From: Promethearchaeota archaeon
GTDB taxonomy: Archaea > Asgardarchaeota > Lokiarchaeia > Sigyniarchaeales > SOKP01
Direction of reading: 5' to 3'
Length of the DNA stretch: 64,000 nucleotides
Assembly (NCBI GenBank): GCA_019058295.1
Contig: JAHPZI010000017.1
Span: 34,917-98,916, forward strand
The position numbers were made by a program, and so were the translations under genes. Positions 8,845 through 18,689 of the stretch are shown here, piece after piece (positions within the stretch are counted from its first letter, which is position 1; every line of letters begins with the position of its first letter). Below the pieces are notes generated by a model. It ran no database searches. It was not told the origin of the DNA and was given only the letters and a program-made list of their open reading frames with translations.

Positions 8845-8988
8845 ATTCCAAAATATAGATGTAAACGTTGCAATTATTTATACATTGATGATGAGCAAAA
8901 ACAATGTTTTGAAGATTTAGATGAGAAAGAATGGTGCTGTCCTCGATGTAAATGCAGCAAGAACATGTTTGTAAAACTGAATAATTAA
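8845..8988 (+). CDS. Rubredoxin-like protein (47 aa) with apparent ATT start
   Basis: (M)PKYRCKRCNYLYIDDEQKQCFEDLDEKEWCCPRCKCSKNMFVKLNN; GGAGGT RBS at 8831; in-frame TAA at 8836 leaves only ATA/ATT as possible starts. Confidence 0.8.
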   Translation: MPKYRCKRCNYLYIDDEQKQCFEDLDEKEWCCPRCKCSKNMFVKLNN

Positions 8989-9080
8989 TAACTGATAAGA
9001 AGATTTTATAAATTATAGACCTAAATTTTTTAATATTCTTGTTATTAAAATCCATATAATTAAAATTTAAGGTGCAAAAT

Positions 9081-9218
9081 ATGGCAAAATGGGAATGTAC
9101 CGCTTGTGGATATATATACGATGAGGAAGCAGAAGGAACTAAATTTGAAGATTTACCTGACGATTGGACTTGCCCGGTCTGCGGTGTAGGAAAGGATATG
9201 TTTGAAAAAATATCATAA
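9081..9218 (+). CDS. Rubredoxin (45 aa), not in ORF track
   Basis: [45 protein letters not shown]; AGGTG RBS. Confidence 0.95.
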   Translation: MAKWECTACGYIYDEEAEGTKFEDLPDDWTCPVCGVGKDMFEKIS

Positions 9219-9268
9219 TTAATAATATATACTCTCTTCTTTCTTTTTTTTATTTTTATAATAGTCCA

Positions 9269-9706
9269 TCAATACTTAAGATCAACATTTACTTCAATTC
9301 CCTCTCTAACGGCAGCGGTGACTGTACAATAATTTTCAAACATCTTCTTACACTGGTCTGCTCTTTTTCGCACAGCAGGATCATCAATTTTAGAAACGAT
9401 CTCTACATTTACTTTTTTAACTCTTAAAAAACCTTTATCGTTCCTTCCTATTATCACTTCGGCATCTGCTTTTAAATCATCAATTGAAAAATTTCTTTTT
9501 TTTAGACAGAAAATAAAACTTGCACTTAAACATCCTAAAAGAGCCATACCGAGAAGTTTAGAAGGGTTTGGACCCCACATTTCTACTTCTTCTTGATTTG
9601 TTTCATCGATATAGCAGTCTTTTACTGCCATTTGACCCATTTCACATTTGAAAATCATATCTTTTTCCAATTTTAGACCTACTTTAGTTTTTACTTCTTC
9701 AGCCAT
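9269..9706 (-). CDS. OsmC/Ohr family protein
   Basis: GPNPSKLL..AL.GC and second Cys in ENYCTV. Confidence 0.85.
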   Translation of the reverse strand: MAEEVKTKVGLKLEKDMIFKCEMGQMAVKDCYIDETNQEEVEMWGPNPSKLLGMALLGCLSASFIFCLKKRNFSIDDLKADAEVIIGRNDKGFLRVKKVNVEIVSKIDDPAVRKRADQCKKMFENYCTVTAAVREGIEVNVDLKY

Positions 9707-9826
9707 TATTATCTACCTCTATTGATAAATGGTTAAATAAATTATAATTTCTCTTTATCGAAAAATAATTTTTTATTATTATTTTACTTAAGAATTTATA
9801 ATTCATATAAATTAAATTTAAATCCA

Positions 9827-9854
9827 TTTTTAATATACAATTTTTAATATACAA
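9827..9854. repeat. Tandem 14-bp repeat TTTTTAATATACAA x2 in the osmC/fprA divergent promoter
   Basis: Seen directly in sequence. Confidence 0.6.
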
Positions 9855-9890
9855 TAATTAAAAAGAATCCTATATAAATAGTGATGAATA

Positions 9891-11132
9891 ATGCAAGCAG
9901 TAAAAATAAATGATGGCATTTATTGGATTGGAGCGAATATACATACTGAAGACTTATTTGAAGGAATTTGGCCAATTCCAAAAGGAGTAGCACTTAATTC
10001 CTATATTGTGAAAGGAGATAAAATTGCGATCATCGAATTAGTTCGTGAATGGGGGGGAGCCTCCCACATTCTTCTTGAGAATATGAAATCAATTCCAATA
10101 GATGTGAAAGATATTGATTATATCATTTTAAATCATCTCGAACCTGATCACACAGGATTTACATATACGCTTCATCAACTAGCTCCCAAAGCTGAAATTA
10201 TCGCTACTCCAAAGGGAGTCGAATTAGTTGATGGATTTTATGAAATTAAAAATAATGTTAAAGCAGTAAAAACAGGAGATACGCTCGACCTTGGACAGGG
10301 GAAGGAATTCATGTTTGCTGAAATTCCAAATGTACATTGGCCTGAAACAATGGTTACTTATGAAAAAAGTACTAAAACGCTTTTCTCAAGTGATGCTTTT
10401 GGTGCCTATGGAGTCCATAAGGGAAGTATATTTGATGATGAAACACCAGATGCTCATAAGCCATATTGGGAAGAAGAAATGCTGAGATATTATGCTAATA
10501 TTGTTGCTATGTTTTCTACGAGTGTTTTGAAGGCTATTGATTCTTTGAAAGATATTGAAATAAAAACCATAGCTCCTTCCCATGGTCTGGTGTGGAGAGG
10601 AAAACCCGAGGTTGTAGTCAAGAAATATATACGTTATGCGAACTATAATCAAGATTATGCGGAGCCTGAAATATGTATTGTGTGGGGAAGTATGTACGGT
10701 AATACTGAAGCAATGTTGAGCAGTATAATAAGAGGCATTAAATCCGAAAATGTACCTGTTAAAATTTATAGAGTTCCGAATGATGATCCTTCTTTTATCC
10801 TGGCGGATGTATATAAATCTGCAGGATTAATTATAGGAACACCAACTTATGAGTATGAGATGTTTCCTCCGATGAAGTATTTATTGGATCTATTAAAGAA
10901 AAAACGAATGCGGTTTAAGAAAGTTTTGTTTTTTGGATCCTATGGATGGAGCGGAGGTGCTCAAAAAGATTTTGATGAGTTATCAACAAACATGAAATGG
11001 GATATTCTTGAGCCCGTTGTTTTTCGGGGATATCCTACAAGTGAGATACAAAAAAAAGGTGAAGATCTCGCAGCTGAACTTGCTCGACAAGTTAAAGAAA
11101 TACCTTCAAAAATTAAGGATGAGGATTATTAA
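9891..11132 (+). CDS. fprA: Flavodiiron protein (FprA, O2/NO reductase)
   Basis: NHLEPDH, HWPE, SDAFG and PSHG diiron motifs; flavodoxin domain SMYGNT and GSYGWSGG. Confidence 0.95.
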   Translation: MQAVKINDGIYWIGANIHTEDLFEGIWPIPKGVALNSYIVKGDKIAIIELVREWGGASHILLENMKSIPIDVKDIDYIILNHLEPDHTGFTYTLHQLAPKAEIIATPKGVELVDGFYEIKNNVKAVKTGDTLDLGQGKEFMFAEIPNVHWPETMVTYEKSTKTLFSSDAFGAYGVHKGSIFDDETPDAHKPYWEEEMLRYYANIVAMFSTSVLKAIDSLKDIEIKTIAPSHGLVWRGKPEVVVKKYIRYANYNQDYAEPEICIVWGSMYGNTEAMLSSIIRGIKSENVPVKIYRVPNDDPSFILADVYKSAGLIIGTPTYEYEMFPPMKYLLDLLKKKRMRFKKVLFFGSYGWSGGAQKDFDELSTNMKWDILEPVVFRGYPTSEIQKKGEDLAAELARQVKEIPSKIKDEDY

Positions 11133-11148
11133 ATCAGGAGGGTTGTAA

Positions 11149-12333
11149 ATGGAATTTAATTTAACCGAAGAGCAAAAAGCATTACAAAAAAAGGCAAGGG
11201 AATTCGCTATAAATGAAGTTTTACCTGTTGCTAGTAAATATGACGAAAGTGAGGAATTTCCAATCGATGTCATTAGAAAGGCCTATGATGCGAATTTATT
11301 GAATTTAGCAATTCCTAAGAAATATGGTGGTCTAGGACTTGGCTTACTGGATGCCTGCATCGTTGTTGAAGAAATCTCTTCTGCTTGTCCAGGTATTGCA
11401 ACTTCGATATTTGATAATAATTTAGGGGCAGAACCAATTATTATTGGTGGCAATGAGGAACAAAAAAAGAGAATTTTAGGGGACCTCATAAATAATTTTA
11501 AATTAATTGCGTTTGCTACTTCTGAGCCAACTATGGGATCTGATGTAGCTGGAATGAAATGCCTTGCTAAGGAAGATGGAGATGATTTCATTTTAAATGG
11601 AACAAAATTCTGGATTACAAATGGAGGTCACGCAGATTATATCACTGTTTTTGCTACGGTTGATCCAGAGCAAAAACATAGAGGAATAGCTGCCTTTATC
11701 GTCCCGACTGATACTGAAGGTGTTAAATTGGGAAAACATATCCCTAAGTTAGGACAAAGATCTTCAAATACTGTATCTGTAGTTTTAAAAGATGTAAAAA
11801 TTAAAAAGGAAAATGTTTTGGCAAAACCAGGGAGAGGGTTTGTATTGGCTATGCAGACTTTTGCTCATACTCGGCCAGCAATCGGAGCATTCGCAGTAGG
11901 GTGTGCTCGTTCAGCAATGGAATATTCAATTGATTACGCAAAAAAACGGGAAGTTTTCGGAAGACCCATTGAAAAATATCAAGCAATTCAATTCAAAATA
12001 GCCGAAATGTATAAAGATATTGAAGCTGCCCGATTATTGACACATAAAGCAGCTTGGGAGGCTGACCAAGGAATGGATAATAATTTAAGTTCAGCAATCG
12101 CAAAAGCATTTGCTTCTGATGTGGCAATGAAAGTTACTACTGAAGCAATACAAATTTTTGGAGGGTATGGATATCTTAGAACCTACCCTGTGGAAAAACT
12201 GTTTAGAGACGCAAAACTCTATCAGATTTATGAGGGAACCTCCGAGATCCAGAGAATTGTAATTTCCAGATTCGTTATGAAACAATATGAGCATGCAATG
12301 CCTAAATTAGGCAAGGTCAGAAAAATAGATTAA
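11149..12333 (+). CDS. Acyl-CoA dehydrogenase
   Basis: SEPTMGSD, GTKFWITNG, QIFGGYGY and IYEGTSEIQR motifs. Confidence 0.95.
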   Translation: MEFNLTEEQKALQKKAREFAINEVLPVASKYDESEEFPIDVIRKAYDANLLNLAIPKKYGGLGLGLLDACIVVEEISSACPGIATSIFDNNLGAEPIIIGGNEEQKKRILGDLINNFKLIAFATSEPTMGSDVAGMKCLAKEDGDDFILNGTKFWITNGGHADYITVFATVDPEQKHRGIAAFIVPTDTEGVKLGKHIPKLGQRSSNTVSVVLKDVKIKKENVLAKPGRGFVLAMQTFAHTRPAIGAFAVGCARSAMEYSIDYAKKREVFGRPIEKYQAIQFKIAEMYKDIEAARLLTHKAAWEADQGMDNNLSSAIAKAFASDVAMKVTTEAIQIFGGYGYLRTYPVEKLFRDAKLYQIYEGTSEIQRIVISRFVMKQYEHAMPKLGKVRKID

Positions 12334-12340
12334 AATTTAT

Positions 12341-12787
12341 TTATTTTTTTCTTTTTTTTATTCTATAATAATATTTTTCGCAGAAAGCACTACAAAAAAT
12401 AACAGAATTTTCATTTAACCAAATATCCTTTAGTTCATTTATTTTTAAATAATTATAACTTATGGCAAATTGATATATATCCATAAGTTTATGACAATTT
12501 TTACAATACCTTATTGTATTTTGAAGTTCAACATTATTTAGCTCATCTCTTTTTAAATGTTTGAAGCATTCACAGCAATGGAATTCTAAAATAGGATTTT
12601 GCCACAGGTCCAGAATCTGTTCGGGTGAAAATTCCAAATTATCTGAAAGAAAATCATATATATTTAAAGATTTTCCACAAGACCAACAAGTTCTTTTCTT
12701 AAATGCAGGTACTAATTCTTTAATGTATTCTCTTAAAATTTTTATCTTATTCCATAAATCTGAATTATTTAACTTTCGAAGAAGCAA
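12341..12787 (-). CDS. Hypothetical protein with two Cys-rich (Zn-ribbon-like) repeats
   Basis: CWSC..IYDF..W..CCEC and CKNC..IYQF..W..CSAFC; TTG start after GAGGT. Confidence 0.7.
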   Translation of the reverse strand: MLLRKLNNSDLWNKIKILREYIKELVPAFKKRTCWSCGKSLNIYDFLSDNLEFSPEQILDLWQNPILEFHCCECFKHLKRDELNNVELQNTIRYCKNCHKLMDIYQFAISYNYLKINELKDIWLNENSVIFCSAFCEKYYYRIKKRKK

Positions 12788-12948
12788 TTATAGAAGTACC
12801 TCAACTTGTCCTTATGAAAAAATGTTCTATTGGATTAAAGAATCCATCTTATTTATATGAATCCCTTAAGTTGGAATATTCCAGTATTTTTAAGAATAAA
12901 AACAAAGATTAATTCTTTCAAAGAAATTCCAAGATGTTTTGATCTTTG

Positions 12949-14307
12949 TTATAATATCACATAGATGTAAAACCAGAGATAGATAATTCCTATTAAGATA
13001 TGGAGCAATGCGAAAAGCCCTCCTATTTTTAGTAGCTTATTATAATTCAAATCATGAATGTGATTCTTTTTACTTAATTCAAGAGTCATCATATCTGCAG
13101 CAGAACCTTGGGGTAAAAAATTACCTCCTAAATTAATCCCTAAAATAAATGCTATTAATAATGGAGTGGCCGGAAAGCCTAATTCGGTTATCATAACGGT
13201 AATTATAGGGATGAATATAACAGTTATGGGAACATTATCCAAAAGACCTGATAAAAGAGAAGTTGCTATCAAAATAAAGAGACACATTAAAAATAAATCA
13301 TTTATGGAGAAACTTATTATAATTTTCTCTAATAACCTAATAGTGCCATTTAATTCCATGCAAAACACTAATATAAATAAACATATAAAGAAAAACACTA
13401 ACTTATAATCAATTTTGGTAAAATAATAAGAAATTGAAGGGCGTTTTTTACCAGAAGTATCTTTTCGCGGATTGATTAGAACAAACATCAAAGCTCCAAG
13501 TATTCCAACAAATAAGATATTTGGAATGATAAATAATAGAATGATGAAAATGAATAAGGCGATCATATTTTTATTGTAGACTCCTTTATCAATGTGATCT
13601 TCCATAATAGTTAGTTCATGAGTCTGAATATGAGTTTGTTCCAATGGTTCTTCATTGATTGTACAATGTGGTAGCCAAATTCGTTTTAATGATTTTCTTA
13701 GGACGAAATAATCTAATAACAATAATGTCACTAAGGTCGAAATTACAAAATAAAGCCCTAAACTTAAAACAAACCAAGTAGCTGTCAAGTCAAATTCCGC
13801 GCTAATTAATATATTTTGTGAAGAACCAAAAGGAGTGAGTGTCGCTGCGAGATTGATGCAAATAGTTGTACCCAAGAGAAAAGGTGTGGGATTAATATGC
13901 ATTTTATTGCACGTATGAATAATCATCGGAATGAAGATTATGGCCACAGAAATATCTTCAATGAATGCTGCACATAGCGTTGATATTAAACACATTACCC
14001 AGAAGAATTTTCGCGTGTTTGTATGAAACTTATTCGTGATTCTAAGGGCTAATTCTTCAAAAATTCTTTTGTCCTCTAAAATTTCAACTATCGTAAAGAT
14101 TGCAATCAGGAAAAAGACAACTTCCCATTCAATGGCTAAAATCAAACCTTCAACCGTAATTTCTTTTGGTAAGAAAATAAATGTCGCAACAACAGCAATG
14201 AACATGGCTAACATGCTATAGGTCAAGAAATCAGTCCTTTCACGAAACAAGGCGATAATGACCATTGAAAAGCAAGCGATCACGATGAGCTGGAGAACTA
14301 ATGTCAT
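12949..14307 (-). CDS. ArsB/NhaD/SLC13-family anion permease
   Basis: Multi-TM protein; TPFGSSQN, LDNVP and NLGGN..P.GS motifs. Confidence 0.85.
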   Translation of the reverse strand: MTLVLQLIVIACFSMVIIALFRERTDFLTYSMLAMFIAVVATFIFLPKEITVEGLILAIEWEVVFFLIAIFTIVEILEDKRIFEELALRITNKFHTNTRKFFWVMCLISTLCAAFIEDISVAIIFIPMIIHTCNKMHINPTPFLLGTTICINLAATLTPFGSSQNILISAEFDLTATWFVLSLGLYFVISTLVTLLLLDYFVLRKSLKRIWLPHCTINEEPLEQTHIQTHELTIMEDHIDKGVYNKNMIALFIFIILLFIIPNILFVGILGALMFVLINPRKDTSGKKRPSISYYFTKIDYKLVFFFICLFILVFCMELNGTIRLLEKIIISFSINDLFLMCLFILIATSLLSGLLDNVPITVIFIPIITVMITELGFPATPLLIAFILGINLGGNFLPQGSAADMMTLELSKKNHIHDLNYNKLLKIGGLFALLHILIGIIYLWFYIYVIL

Positions 14308-14410
14308 ATTTTAACCTAATTCTAAATTATCATTATCATAAATAAAATTTTGAACTAAATTATATTGATAAAAAAAAAAAAGATTAATTTTACTTAAATT
14401 TTTAAAAATC

Positions 14411-14800
14411 CTACGATGATTTCCATAAGCCATGTATATTACAATATTCTCGTGCCCAGATTTCTTCAGTTGAAGCTACAACAAAAGTAGCTTTTGGTTC
14501 GTCCCCTGGTTTTAAAAATTTTCTCTTATAGCAGTTATCCTTACAGTTTAATTCAATCCACATAATCCAATGTTCTTCTGTCATTGGATGTGGTGTACCC
14601 ATTGATATTCCAACATCAACAGTTACCTTATTTCCATCAATCGTAATTTTCGGTACATGTTTTTCTCCTTTCCAGTCAGCAGTTTGTTCCTCCATTAGTT
14701 GCATTTCTTGGCCACAACATATTTGTGTTGGAGCGCCAGGATTTAAGATTTCTAAAGTTTTTCCACATACATTACATTTCCATATTTCTCTTTGTTGCAT
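14411..14800 (-). CDS. dfx: Desulfoferrodoxin / superoxide reductase, second paralog
   Basis: CNVCG..CCG, EKHVP, HPMTEEH and CNIHG motifs. Confidence 0.93.
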   Translation of the reverse strand: MQQREIWKCNVCGKTLEILNPGAPTQICCGQEMQLMEEQTADWKGEKHVPKITIDGNKVTVDVGISMGTPHPMTEEHWIMWIELNCKDNCYKRKFLKPGDEPKATFVVASTEEIWAREYCNIHGLWKSS

Positions 14801-14882
14801 TTTTTTTCACTTAAGTATGGTCTATTGCTTTCTATTACAGTAAATAGTTGGATTGATATTTAATGATTGTCTTTTTAAAATA

Positions 14883-15473
14883 TTAGAATTCTTCACATTT
14901 TAATCTAAAATTGGCCCTTGGATGATCACAAGAAGGACATCTCCAATCTTCAGGCAATTCATCCATCTCTACTTCATATCCGCATTCCATGCATACCCAG
15001 ACAACCTTTTTGCCACGTTTGAAGAAAGCATCATCTCCTACTAACTTTATTAGTTTTCCATACCTTTCTGCATGATGTTTTTCAGCCTTTATTATTGCTT
15101 TCACTCTAGCAGCAATCTTGGGATATCCCTCTTTCTCTGCTGTTTTTACAATATCTGGATAGAGAGTTTGCCATTCCATATCTTCTCCGGCTTTAGCAGA
15201 TGTTAAATTTTCAAGGGTATTTCCTAAAGTCGTATGAAATTCTGCATCAGGTAATACTTTCATATCATCGAAGCTTTCTTCTTTTTTGAATTGCTGGAGC
15301 ATCTTATAGAACCAATTTCCGTGCTGCAACTCCTGATTAGCAGTTTCCAGAAATACAGATGAGATTAGAACAGAACCTTCTTTTTTAGCGACTTTTGCCC
15401 AAAATGTATATCGATTTCTGGCTTGTGATTCTCCTACATATGCGGTAAATAACTTTTTTGGTGTCTCTTTCAT
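14883..15473 (-). CDS. rbr: Rubrerythrin
   Basis: GESQARNRY, ExxH diiron motifs, C-terminal CMECG..CPSC; ATG at 15473 preferred over GTG at 15482. Confidence 0.92.
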   Translation of the reverse strand: MKETPKKLFTAYVGESQARNRYTFWAKVAKKEGSVLISSVFLETANQELQHGNWFYKMLQQFKKEESFDDMKVLPDAEFHTTLGNTLENLTSAKAGEDMEWQTLYPDIVKTAEKEGYPKIAARVKAIIKAEKHHAERYGKLIKLVGDDAFFKRGKKVVWVCMECGYEVEMDELPEDWRCPSCDHPRANFRLKCEEF

Positions 15474-15654
15474 ACCATTCACTCTTTTCTATTATTTTTA
15501 ATTTGAATGTATTATATTGATAAAAATGTAAATTAAAAATATAAAATTTATTTCTAAAAATTATTAGATCCTAAGATTGTTTGAATTATAATTTATAATT
15601 CATAATACGCAAATTGAAATAATTACATAAATGAATATTTACTAAGGTGAAATT

Positions 15655-16158
15655 ATGGTTTCAGTAGAAGAAGGTTTAAATGAAGCATTTGCAGGTGAGA
15701 GCCAAGCAAATAGAAAATATTTAGCCTTTGCAGAAAAAGCAGATAAAGATGGATTTCCTCAAGTGGCGAAATTATTCCGGGCGGCTGCCGCAGCTGAGAC
15801 TGTACACGCTCATAATCATTTACGGGCGTTAGGTGGTATTAAGTCTACATTGGAAAACTTAAAAGCCGCAGTTGAGGGAGAGCATTATGAATTCACTTCT
15901 ATGTATCCCGAATTTATTGAAGCTGCTAAAGCAGAAGGCAATAAGGCTGCTGAAAGAACTTTCAATTTCGCAAATGAAGTTGAAAAAATCCACCATAAAC
16001 TATATGAAAATGCAGTAAAAACAGTAGAAAGTGGTAAAGATTTAGAAGCAGAAGAAATTCATATTTGTCCGGTCTGTGGTTACACGCATTCAGGGGAATT
16101 ACCAGACAAATGCCCCGTATGCGGAGCTTTAAAGAAAGTATTTAAAAAGATCGAATAG
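15655..16158 (+). CDS. rbr: Rubrerythrin
   Basis: AFAGESQANRKY, ETVH and EKIH motifs; C-terminal CPVCG..CPVCG. Confidence 0.95.
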   Translation: MVSVEEGLNEAFAGESQANRKYLAFAEKADKDGFPQVAKLFRAAAAAETVHAHNHLRALGGIKSTLENLKAAVEGEHYEFTSMYPEFIEAAKAEGNKAAERTFNFANEVEKIHHKLYENAVKTVESGKDLEAEEIHICPVCGYTHSGELPDKCPVCGALKKVFKKIE

Positions 16159-16175
16159 ATCTTCTTTTTTTTTTA

Positions 16176-18563
16176 TTAAGAGGGATTATTCAGGTTTCTC
16201 TTATTTGTAGGATAACCTTTTTTATGCCAATTTAACATTCCACCAGATAGATTTCGAAGATCTTTAAATCCAGCTTGGGCTAATAACCTCGCTGCCATCA
16301 TAGAACGAGCTCCACTATGACAAATTAGCACAATCTCATCATTTTTATAATCATCAACCCTATTAAGATTTGACATAAGGTCTCCTAATGGAATTAACTC
16401 CGTTTCTACAATATGACCCCCCACACCATTATATTCTTCAGGTGTTCGGACATCTATTAAAACCGCTGGTTTATCTTCCGAATTAAGTCTTTGATATAAT
16501 TCCTCTACTGTAATATCTGAAATGGGAGGTGCCTCTAGAGGTCTTAATTCTTTTCTTGTTTTTTTCTTGGCTTTAATAGGAGCGCTAATCTCATCAACAG
16601 AGAGCTCTCCTTTTTGAAGGGTTGCGACTATTTTTCCTTCTTCTTTACCTAAATATAATAATTCGACCGCCTCATTAAGCTTAGCATAAGCTTCTACACT
16701 TGATTTAAAACCCGGATCCGTAGCATAAATCTTTAATTTTTTGTTTTCAGGAAGAGTTTCTAAAGATTTTATTAAAGCGTTTAAAGGACCAGGGCAGGAT
16801 AATCCACATGCATCTGTAATTACATAATTATCATCTTCAATAGATTTTTCCTTTACAAATTCCTCCATTATTTCACTTGGAGCACCGCAGGCAGCCACAA
16901 TTTCTTCTGTAGTAGCAGACGCAATTTCGTAAGTTTTAAATCCTCCTGTTAAATCAAATACTTCTTTATACCCGTGTTGTAATAATATTCGAGTAGCTAG
17001 ATAGCTCCTATACCCCACTTCACAAAATGTTATTATAGGCTTTCCGTTTGGAATCTCATTTAATCGGTTTCTTAGTTCTTCTAAGGGGATATTTATAGCT
17101 CCTTCAATAGTCCTTGCTTTAAATTCTTCAGGAGTTCTCACATCTAATATGATATTATCTTTTCCTTTAAGCTTATCTATATCGTGCCAGTGCCAAATAG
17201 GCATATCATTTTTCAAGTAATTGGCTGCAATGAAACCTGCCATATTTACCGGATCTTTCGCAGAACCATAAGGTGGAGCATAAGTTAATTCTAATTCTTC
17301 TAAATCAAATACGGTACCTCCCATTTTAATGATTGTGGAAATAACGTCAATTCTTTTTTCACTTCCAGAACCGCCTACAATCTGAGCTCCTAAAACTTTT
17401 CCTGAAGGTACTTCAAATAATAATTTAAATGCCATTGGAACTGCTCCAGGATAATACCCTGCGTGATTATTCGGATGTAAATATATTTTTTCATAATTTA
17501 AATCCGTATTTTTTAATTGTTTTTCCGTTAGACCAACTGTAGCTACGGTGATATCAAAAACCTTTACAACTGAAGCCCCCAAAATTCCATTATATTGAGA
17601 CTTTCTTCCTGCTATATTATCTGCTGCAATCCTTCCTTGTTTATTAGCTGGACCCGCTAATGCCATTGATATTGGCTTTTTAGTTTGATAATGTAATACT
17701 TGAACAGCATCACCAACCGCATAAATATTTGGATCTGAGGTTAGCATGCTCCCATTAACAATGATATATCCTCGTTCCCCTAATTCAAGACCTGCCTCTC
17801 TTGCCAAAGTATTTTCTGGTCGAATTCCTACTGACATTATTATTAAATTTGTATCGATCGTACGTCCATTTTTAGTCTTTACAATTATGATTCCATCTGA
17901 ATCTCGCTCAAAAGAATCCACAGGGTCCTCCAACACTAAACAAACTCCATTCAAGATTAATTCTTGATGGATAAATTGAGCCATCTCCCTATCTAAAGGC
18001 GGCATTACTTGATCGAGCATCTCTACGATTTTTACCTTAATACCTTTTTTAACTAAGTTCTCAACCATCTCCAATCCAATAAAACCTCCTCCTATTACAA
18101 CTGCTTTTTTAATTTGAGAATTATCAACAAATTTTCGAATTTTAACGGCATCTGGAATTGTCCATAATTGATAATATGGTACTTCTTCAAGACCAGGAAA
18201 AGGAGGAAGGATCGGAATTGAACCTGTAGCTAAAATAAGATAATTATATTCTAAATCATAGGCATCATGATTCTCTAAATTTCTCACTTCAACAGTTTTA
18301 TTCTCTCGATCTATTGAAATTACTTCGTTATTTACTCTAACATCTATATTAAATCTATCTAAAAATGTCTGAGGAGTAACTAATTCTAAGGAACCTTGAT
18401 CTTTTATCACATTGCCCACATAATATGGTAGTCCACAATTAGCAAAAGATACATATGGACCACGATCAAGCATAATTATTTCGATATCTTCTTTAAGGCG
18501 TCTTAATCGAGCAGCAGCGGATGCTCCACCAGCAACACCACCAATAATTACTACTCTTTCCAT
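16176..18563 (-). CDS. CoA-disulfide/persulfide reductase fused to rhodanese, TusA-like and second rhodanese domains
   Basis: SFANCGLPY and YAPPY motifs; DVRTPEEF..FCEVGYRS; DACGLSCPGP; DVRTPEEY..ICHSGARS. Confidence 0.9.
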   Translation of the reverse strand: MERVVIIGGVAGGASAAARLRRLKEDIEIIMLDRGPYVSFANCGLPYYVGNVIKDQGSLELVTPQTFLDRFNIDVRVNNEVISIDRENKTVEVRNLENHDAYDLEYNYLILATGSIPILPPFPGLEEVPYYQLWTIPDAVKIRKFVDNSQIKKAVVIGGGFIGLEMVENLVKKGIKVKIVEMLDQVMPPLDREMAQFIHQELILNGVCLVLEDPVDSFERDSDGIIIVKTKNGRTIDTNLIIMSVGIRPENTLAREAGLELGERGYIIVNGSMLTSDPNIYAVGDAVQVLHYQTKKPISMALAGPANKQGRIAADNIAGRKSQYNGILGASVVKVFDITVATVGLTEKQLKNTDLNYEKIYLHPNNHAGYYPGAVPMAFKLLFEVPSGKVLGAQIVGGSGSEKRIDVISTIIKMGGTVFDLEELELTYAPPYGSAKDPVNMAGFIAANYLKNDMPIWHWHDIDKLKGKDNIILDVRTPEEFKARTIEGAINIPLEELRNRLNEIPNGKPIITFCEVGYRSYLATRILLQHGYKEVFDLTGGFKTYEIASATTEEIVAACGAPSEIMEEFVKEKSIEDDNYVITDACGLSCPGPLNALIKSLETLPENKKLKIYATDPGFKSSVEAYAKLNEAVELLYLGKEEGKIVATLQKGELSVDEISAPIKAKKKTRKELRPLEAPPISDITVEELYQRLNSEDKPAVLIDVRTPEEYNGVGGHIVETELIPLGDLMSNLNRVDDYKNDEIVLICHSGARSMMAARLLAQAGFKDLRNLSGGMLNWHKKGYPTNKRNLNNPS

Positions 18564-18689
18564 ATTAAATAACCATAAAAATAGGATTATATTAAAATAT
18601 AATTATTATAATTAATTAATGAAGAAAAAAAAAAATCTTTTTAATTCACTTCTAATCAAGAATTATTGGTATTTCTACTAATAATTAAA

